The translations under genes and the position numbers were made by a program. A stretch of 64,000 nt of DNA, taken from Candidatus Heimdallarchaeota archaeon (GTDB lineage Archaea > Asgardarchaeota > Heimdallarchaeia > Heimdallarchaeales > Heimdallarchaeaceae). The stretch is from assembly GCA_018238545.1 (NCBI GenBank), contig JABCTC010000003.1, forward strand, positions 32,001 through 96,000. The letters run 5' to 3'. Under the pieces are notes generated by a model. That model was given only the letters and a program-made list of their open reading frames with translations. It made no database searches and had not been told where the DNA came from. The number at the start of each line of letters is the position of its first letter. Within the stretch, counting starts at the first letter, position 1. Shown piece after piece: positions 57,775 to 64,000 of this stretch.

Positions 57775-60642
57775 ATGAAAAAAAGAATATTTTTAGGCAT
57801 TAGCCTTTTATTGATAATGCTGCCTTTAATCGTGCCCACTTCTGTAGTTAATACGAGTGCGAGTGACAACCCACTAAACACTGGATCAGCAGAGTTAGAT
57901 GCTATTGATGCTGGTACAAAACTTACTTATGATATCACCACATTTGAATATGGTGAAGGAATATGGGATGTCCTTGACTTATTATTAGCACAGACAAATG
58001 CACCTGACTTCGACAAAGGTCTTGCAGGCACTTTAGAAGGTAGTGAATTTATTGTATATGTGACAGCAACAGGAGATATAACTCTCTACAAATACAACTA
58101 TACAAGTGGGTTATACTACGATCCAATAACAGTGACAGCTGAACAGATATTTGGGTTTTTGAAACTCAATACAGATATAACTGCTTACGCAAATGTATCA
58201 ATGTTCTCTTTTCCTGACGATTTCTTAGAAGGTAACTTCACCCTCTATTACGATTATTGGCCATGGAGTGATTTTGTAGATCCTGTATTAGACGATCCTA
58301 CTGACATCTTTTGGATGAATTTCAATAGCACCTTTATAAGTGAATTTGAAAGAGGATTTGATGATGCTGCACTAGAATACCTCTACGGAGGCTACTACTG
58401 GAACCCATCTGTATGGGATGAACCATGGGCAGACTGGTATGGCGATTATGACATATCCTGGTTTGGACAAGACAAGGGAGCATATCATGGCTACCAATTT
58501 GGTTACGATGCCGTTTGGCATAGTAGTTTAAATCTAGCCTGGAATGATTCCGCAACAGCACTAGATGCTTATTATGCCAGCTACTTTGATGGCAGAGATG
58601 ATGGTTTCGCTGAAGGACAAGCAGATTATTTGAATAACAAAATACCAGATAATAATCCTCCTACACTACCTGCTCCAACAAATCTTGGAGAATGGGTATA
58701 TGAGAGAGATTACCAAAGATATTGGAGTGATTTCTACCAAATGGGTTTCAGATATGAAGCTGATTTAGATAACTTCAATTTCGAACTCTATAAGGATCTT
58801 TATGAATCCTGGAATACCTGGTTTAACGGATATGTTGACGGTTACCAAAATTATTATTGGAACGGTAGAAATGACGGATACTGGGATGCTTTCAATTCAG
58901 AACTATACGGAACAAATTACTATCCTCCAGATTACTTGGGTGGTTACTATGATGACTACGATTATGGTTATGAAGCAGGTATGTACGATGGATATGACCA
59001 AGGATACTCTGACGGCTACTATTCGACGTTTGTTGGAGAAGAAAAACTAAATGGTTATCACAGTGTTCTATACTCAGCTTATCAAGAAGGTTTTGCAGAA
59101 GGTTCTGCTGATAATTTAGCATCACAACCTTACGATGAAACTCCTACACTACCATATCCGTCTCCAGCAAATACATTTGAAGAAGCAGCTAACGATTGTT
59201 ATGACCAACAATATCGTGAAGGTTATGGCAATGGTTTCCTATATGCTACTCTAGTATCAAGTCCAAATTCATTAGACTGGTTAAGAAGTTTAGGACCATT
59301 CTACAATATGACTCTACCTGATGTTGAAGTCAGTCTTCAAGGTGGTTCTCTATTACCAACACCATTAATGGATATGACAACATTTACAGAAGTCGATTTG
59401 AATTTAATGGATGAGTATGAATTCGATAGAGGAACACACGATTATGGTGTATTCAGCAGTAATTTCATGTCATTCATGTCTTTTGATGCTGTAGACCAAA
59501 ATTGGACTGCATTCGATGAAATAGATTTTGCTCTAAATGAAACAGAAGGTTCTCCAGGATTTAATACAACTTGGGATGTTGCGGATGATTCCTTCGTATT
59601 TGAAGTTCATATCAATGCTACAGAACCAGGTATTGCAGCAGACATCTATATGGGATATGATACTCTCACTGGAAAATTACTCAACATTTCAGCAAGTTTA
59701 GATTTCTATTCTCAGACTGATATTTGGGCAAATATAGTTCTTAAGCTCAACGAAGGCAAAACAGAAACATGGACACCACAACTGCCTTCTGCATATGGTG
59801 ATCCAAATTCGTGGACTTACTCTATAGACAATTTTGTCTTCTACTATGACTTACCACCTACAGTTCCAACTGATTTTGCAGATGGTGTAGCTGAATTCAA
59901 GGCTGATGGAATATCTACAATCGGAAATCCATTACTTGGAGTTGATATGAAAAGCTATGATGGTATATGGGCAATCGCTGATTATACTTTCTACGATCCT
60001 ACCAACACTTCAGAACTACCAAATACAGAAGAATATAGATATCCTATGATTTTCCCTGCAGGTCATCAGATTTTGCCTGATTGGGATTTCTATGATGGAT
60101 TCGCAACAACTGTTTCTTCAGTCTTTGGTCATGCAGATTACCTAGTGGACGCTGCAACAGCCCTATCAGGAAAAAATACTAATGTCAATATAGTTAATAT
60201 CGCTTTCAATCCAGTAATTGGTTCTTATCACCATGTTGCTACTGGACTTGATGTAATGTATTATTATGTCTCATTAGAAGCAGATGTTGATATGACATTC
60301 AGTATGTTGAACGGTGACTATGTTTGGGAAACAACAACTGTAGATGGAACGATCGATGCATTCCTTTGGGTAGGTATTGATTATATTACTGGTGTTGTTC
60401 TAGGAGCTGGTGTTAAAACTAGTTTTGACTTTGAATTAACAGCAGTGCCAGACTATGGAAACAATGGTGCAATAGCAGCTTACTTAGAGGTTACTGTAGG
60501 TGTAGACTTCAGAGCTATCCCACATATTGATACTCTGATTGGTACATTACCAACAGTCTTTGAGTTCAGTTTATTACCACTGTTAAGCATTATCGGTTTA
60601 GCAGGAATGGTAAGCGCAGTAATATTCTTCAAAAAGAAATAA
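57775..60642 (+). CDS. Acidic Tyr/Asp/Gly-rich cell-surface glycoprotein with C-terminal TM anchor
   Basis: Signal peptide, G[YF]xxG[YF]xxG helices, N-glycosylation sequons, C-terminal PTVFEF-TM-KKK. Confidence 0.8.
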   Translation: MKKRIFLGISLLLIMLPLIVPTSVVNTSASDNPLNTGSAELDAIDAGTKLTYDITTFEYGEGIWDVLDLLLAQTNAPDFDKGLAGTLEGSEFIVYVTATGDITLYKYNYTSGLYYDPITVTAEQIFGFLKLNTDITAYANVSMFSFPDDFLEGNFTLYYDYWPWSDFVDPVLDDPTDIFWMNFNSTFISEFERGFDDAALEYLYGGYYWNPSVWDEPWADWYGDYDISWFGQDKGAYHGYQFGYDAVWHSSLNLAWNDSATALDAYYASYFDGRDDGFAEGQADYLNNKIPDNNPPTLPAPTNLGEWVYERDYQRYWSDFYQMGFRYEADLDNFNFELYKDLYESWNTWFNGYVDGYQNYYWNGRNDGYWDAFNSELYGTNYYPPDYLGGYYDDYDYGYEAGMYDGYDQGYSDGYYSTFVGEEKLNGYHSVLYSAYQEGFAEGSADNLASQPYDETPTLPYPSPANTFEEAANDCYDQQYREGYGNGFLYATLVSSPNSLDWLRSLGPFYNMTLPDVEVSLQGGSLLPTPLMDMTTFTEVDLNLMDEYEFDRGTHDYGVFSSNFMSFMSFDAVDQNWTAFDEIDFALNETEGSPGFNTTWDVADDSFVFEVHINATEPGIAADIYMGYDTLTGKLLNISASLDFYSQTDIWANIVLKLNEGKTETWTPQLPSAYGDPNSWTYSIDNFVFYYDLPPTVPTDFADGVAEFKADGISTIGNPLLGVDMKSYDGIWAIADYTFYDPTNTSELPNTEEYRYPMIFPAGHQILPDWDFYDGFATTVSSVFGHADYLVDAATALSGKNTNVNIVNIAFNPVIGSYHHVATGLDVMYYYVSLEADVDMTFSMLNGDYVWETTTVDGTIDAFLWVGIDYITGVVLGAGVKTSFDFELTAVPDYGNNGAIAAYLEVTVGVDFRAIPHIDTLIGTLPTVFEFSLLPLLSIIGLAGMVSAVIFFKKK

Positions 60643-60700
60643 TTTTCTTTTTCTTTTTTCCTTTTTTTATTTTTCAATCAGAAAAAAAGATGATGTGATA
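60643..60700. terminator. Bidirectional T/A-rich terminator between convergent genes
   Basis: TTTTCTTTTTCTTTTTTCCTTTTTTTATTTTT followed by A-runs. Confidence 0.55.
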
Positions 60701-60705
60701 AAAAA

Positions 60706-62163
60706 TTAAATGAAGGGATTTTTTGCTAATCCCAGTTTAATCATAGCTTTCAAAACTTTTATTCCAAAACGAAGTTTAAAGTCAAGCTTCTTTGCCGCTA
60801 CACTAAGTTGAGAAACTCTCAAATAGGGAACTTCACTCATCAATCCTCGCACTCTTTCTTTTGATATCATGTCGATTTTTAGTAGCAAATCTGGTATAGT
60901 TCCAGATATAGAAATATCTTGAACAGGATATTTGATTTCTCCTTTCTTTATGTACCAACCTGAACCTGTGACAGCAAATCTTCCACTACTCAAATCTGAC
61001 ATGTGAATACCCATGAAATTTTTTAACATGAAACCCTCTTGAGTTTCACTAATCATCTCATCTAAGGAAGAGTCACCAGGTTCGATTTTTGTTGCAAAAG
61101 AACCAATACTTGGTGGAGATTTTACTGGATTTCCACCTAAGAAACCTCCTCTAGAAGCTTTACCATTGCTTTCCATGTTCAGTTTATTACCATAGTAAGT
61201 GTCAAGGTAATAGGTTTGAAGAACCCCATTCTCAATTAGTTTTGTTTGCTCAGTTGGAACACCTTCTCCATCGTAACTAGCAGATGTAACCATGTCGGGA
61301 TCAAGAGGGTCATCTATCATAGTAAAATTCTCATTAGCTATCAAATCGCCAATTTTATCCGCAAAAACCGTTTCTCCGCGTGAAGCTTTATCTCCATGCA
61401 ATAACCTGTTTAACACATTGAACAATCCACCCATGATACCATAAGAGCCATCAGGCGATATTATGATTGGATACTCACCTGAAATAGAAAGCGTTCTTGG
61501 TTTTGCTATCTCAAGGACTTTATCTATGGCTTTAATGCCAAGTTGTTTTGTATTGATTGACCCAAGCTTTCTTGCTCCTTCGATATGAAAATCATAATTT
61601 GGGAACCCATGAGTGGATAAGTAGGCTAGACCTAAACCATAACCAGCATCCTGATCATGCAAATCAATACCTTGAGAATTCTTTAGGAAAGTCTCTCCCA
61701 TCCCAAAGAATCCCATTGATTGTAGAAAGAATATGTCTGATGGTAGTTTATCAACGTGTATTTCTTCAAACAAATCAGCTGCACCATCTGCTTCGATTTC
61801 AAGCAGTTTCTTGTCTACATCTAGCTTGTGTGTTGCTTCTTTGGGATCTGGAAAACCCATTAAATCGGGATCTGGTTTTTTTGTTTTTGCATTTTGTATA
61901 GCTAAGTTCACAGTGTATTTGATATCTTCTTCACCGAATGATGATGTATAGGCAAAACCTTTGGCTTGTTGTGCTATAACACGAAATGAGAGACCATGTT
62001 GTATCCCAATGCTGTGTTTAGGTTTGTTCTTTTCTAACTCTAGGTTGTAAGCTTTTTGGTTTACTCCATAACCCTCACAATGAGACGCACCTTCTTTCTT
62101 AGCATGTTTCAACCCTATGTCTATTGCTTTTTTTATCTTTACGTTTAAATCGTTTTCAGTCAT
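60706..62163 (-). CDS. pmbA: TldE/PmbA family protein
   Basis: GLSFRVI...KGFAYT, IDDPL, YDGEGVPT, LIENGVLQTY, SNGKASR; no HExxxH; adjacent to tldD. Confidence 0.88.
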   Translation of the reverse strand: MTENDLNVKIKKAIDIGLKHAKKEGASHCEGYGVNQKAYNLELEKNKPKHSIGIQHGLSFRVIAQQAKGFAYTSSFGEEDIKYTVNLAIQNAKTKKPDPDLMGFPDPKEATHKLDVDKKLLEIEADGAADLFEEIHVDKLPSDIFFLQSMGFFGMGETFLKNSQGIDLHDQDAGYGLGLAYLSTHGFPNYDFHIEGARKLGSINTKQLGIKAIDKVLEIAKPRTLSISGEYPIIISPDGSYGIMGGLFNVLNRLLHGDKASRGETVFADKIGDLIANENFTMIDDPLDPDMVTSASYDGEGVPTEQTKLIENGVLQTYYLDTYYGNKLNMESNGKASRGGFLGGNPVKSPPSIGSFATKIEPGDSSLDEMISETQEGFMLKNFMGIHMSDLSSGRFAVTGSGWYIKKGEIKYPVQDISISGTIPDLLLKIDMISKERVRGLMSEVPYLRVSQLSVAAKKLDFKLRFGIKVLKAMIKLGLAKNPFI

Positions 62164-62171
62164 TTTTCACA

Positions 62172-63590
62172 TCATCCTATTACTATACTTTTCACGGCTA
62201 ACCATCCGCCAGAAACTCCTACAGGAGCTGATTGCCCATCCTTCCCACAGAAACCTATAGAGTCTAAAGGATTCTCCATCTCAGGGGATATTCCTGTGAT
62301 TTTATTTAGAGTTTCAAGAGTGTTGCCTGCTAATGTTGTTGGTCTGTATCTCTTTCCAACTTCCCCGTTTTTGATTTCATAGAGTTCTGCTACTCCGAAA
62401 TTAAAGGTGCCCTTGATTGGGTCTACCTGTCCACCTCCACCTTGCATGAGGAGAAATCCGTTCTTTATTTGTTCTAGCAATTCTTCTGGTTTCATTGGAT
62501 TAGATGCTGGAGAAATATATGTGTTAGTCATTCTGACTATTTGAGGAACATTATAAGCTTCAGCTCGAGAATTTCCTGTAGGTTTCAATTCGAAATAAGC
62601 AGCTGTTGATCTATCATTAAGATATGTTTCTAGAATGCCATTTTTAATGATGTATGTTTTCTGACCTGGAACTCCTTCATCGTCGTATTTCAAGTAACCA
62701 AAGGTTTTGATTCCTGTAGATTCTTGTAGCGATCCATCGTCTATTAGATTCACAATGGGTGCAGCCACTCTCTTCTCAAGTTTCCCTTTCAAAACACCTG
62801 CTGTTTGCACAAAATCTCCTTCAGCACTATGTCCAGCTGCTTCATGAGCAAAAAGATGGTTTATTGTACCATCTAAGACAACTGGGTATCTACCACTCTT
62901 AACCTTTGGAGATTTTAATCCTTCTAGCGCTCTTTCTTTAGCTTTTTCTCCGATTTCTGTTGGAGATCGAAAATCAAAGACCTCTAAGCCACCCAAATGT
63001 CCAATCCTGCTTCTCCCTTCTATTGTTTCAGATTCCTCTCTTGCAACTGATAATCCATACATCATTACATATGGAACATTATATTCGATGATTGTACCTT
63101 CTGTGGTTTCTAGAACCATTTTACGTAGAACTTCTCGATAAAACGAAGTTCTTGATTTAATTCTTTCATCCTCTTGTGCTTTATCGGCTTCCATTGTTAA
63201 TTCTATCTTTTTGTCAAAGCCGACATCGTGGAGTTTCTTCTTTTGTGCTCCTTCAAACTTATCTTGAATTGTTTTTACTTCTGCAAGTTTTATATCCTGT
63301 GTCTTATTTCGCAAATTTAGTCTGTTTGCTTGCAGAGCCATTTTGACTATATCTGAACCGCTTTCTACAGGTCCACATGAAAATCCCCAAACTCCTTCTT
63401 TTAGAATTCGCAACCCTATTCCTGATTCAATCCCAGTTATACTCTCTTCTACTTTACCATTGACAGTTTTGATTACTGTCATGTGCGAGTTTTCTAACCG
63501 TATATCGGCATAGTCAACTTTCTCTTTTCCAAGAGTTTCAAACATTTTTGAAATTATTTTGTCTGACATTTCATAAAAAAGGGGATTCAT
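62172..63590 (-). CDS. tldD: TldD metalloprotease
   Basis: DYADIR, GIGLRIL..GVWGF, HEAAGH (HExxGH), YDDEGVP, TGNSRA, VRMTNTY, FCGKDGQ. Confidence 0.93.
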   Translation of the reverse strand: MNPLFYEMSDKIISKMFETLGKEKVDYADIRLENSHMTVIKTVNGKVEESITGIESGIGLRILKEGVWGFSCGPVESGSDIVKMALQANRLNLRNKTQDIKLAEVKTIQDKFEGAQKKKLHDVGFDKKIELTMEADKAQEDERIKSRTSFYREVLRKMVLETTEGTIIEYNVPYVMMYGLSVAREESETIEGRSRIGHLGGLEVFDFRSPTEIGEKAKERALEGLKSPKVKSGRYPVVLDGTINHLFAHEAAGHSAEGDFVQTAGVLKGKLEKRVAAPIVNLIDDGSLQESTGIKTFGYLKYDDEGVPGQKTYIIKNGILETYLNDRSTAAYFELKPTGNSRAEAYNVPQIVRMTNTYISPASNPMKPEELLEQIKNGFLLMQGGGGQVDPIKGTFNFGVAELYEIKNGEVGKRYRPTTLAGNTLETLNKITGISPEMENPLDSIGFCGKDGQSAPVGVSGGWLAVKSIVIG

Positions 63591-63651
63591 GCTTTTATAA
63601 GTATAACCAAATATAGAGTAAATTTAAAATCTCAAGAACAACATTACAATC

Positions 63652-64000
63652 ATGGATTTACAGTTAAAGGGAAAACATATCTTAGTTACGGGAGCAAGTG
63701 GAGGAATTGGAAAAGCTATCGTAGAAGCATTGTATGAGGAAGATTCAAAGATTACTCTACATGTGTTTAAGAATATCGAAGTAGCAAAGGATCTAGTGCT
63801 TAAATTAGGTGATGAAGAACGTTTACATGTCATTCAAGCTGATTTGAGGAAGGAGGAAGACGTCTCCAACATGTTTAGATCTGCAAATAAAAGGTATGGG
63901 AGAATTGACGGTTTAGTAGCTAATGCCGGAATCTGGTCTTCTGAACCTAAATTCACTTCTCAGCTAAGTTTAGAACAGTGGAATAACACTATTAAGGTAA
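63652..64000 (+). CDS. Short-chain dehydrogenase/reductase (3' end outside the window)
   Basis: MDLQLKGKHILVTGASGGIGKAI...IQADL...GRIDGLVANAG, read from the sequence; open to the window end. Confidence 0.9.
   Translation, partial: MDLQLKGKHILVTGASGGIGKAIVEALYEEDSKITLHVFKNIEVAKDLVLKLGDEERLHVIQADLRKEEDVSNMFRSANKRYGRIDGLVANAGIWSSEPKFTSQLSLEQWNNTIKV

Noticed and set aside
4912-63833. Numerous 60-140 aa ORFs overlapping larger genes
   Set aside because: Antisense or out-of-frame shadows with no recognisable motifs.
1-64000. tRNA/rRNA genes
   Set aside because: No GC-rich cloverleaf or rRNA-like segment was seen by eye. The only GC-enriched non-coding stretches are the TnpB ends. tRNAscan-SE was not run.

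Overview
AT-rich archaeal chromosomal window, very likely from an Asgard archaeon (Heimdallarchaeia-like). This is inferred from archaeal core genes (RadA, Alba, Topo VI, DGGGP synthase, archaeal GluRS, class III-signal pilins) occurring with eukaryotic-signature proteins (two Rab-like GTPases, a gelsolin-domain protein, a membrane RING protein). The standout locus is 7.3-22.0 kb. Its Topo VI B subunit (4234 aa) has a normal ~540-aa GHKL/H2TH/transducer core fused to ~3500 aa of tandem RadA-NTD/HhH-like helical repeats and a histone-H1-like (AKPK)n tail. It is translationally coupled to a Topo VI A subunit with an N-terminal ubiquitin-like domain and faces an Alba with a 13x EEV[KR] acidic tail. 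Just upstream are an FtsZ/tubulin-fold protein lacking the GGGTG[ST]G loop and a CD36/scavenger-receptor-B-like two-TM protein with an inserted LVIVD propeller. Other content: two copies of a solo TnpB element with a Fanzor-type rearranged RuvC site and a conserved, covarying 3' omega-RNA region; a class II RNR with three LAGLIDADG inteins (one followed by +1 Arg, one ending in Asp); a type IV pilus locus; TldD/E; and housekeeping genes. All family calls come from reading motifs by eye; no searches were run.
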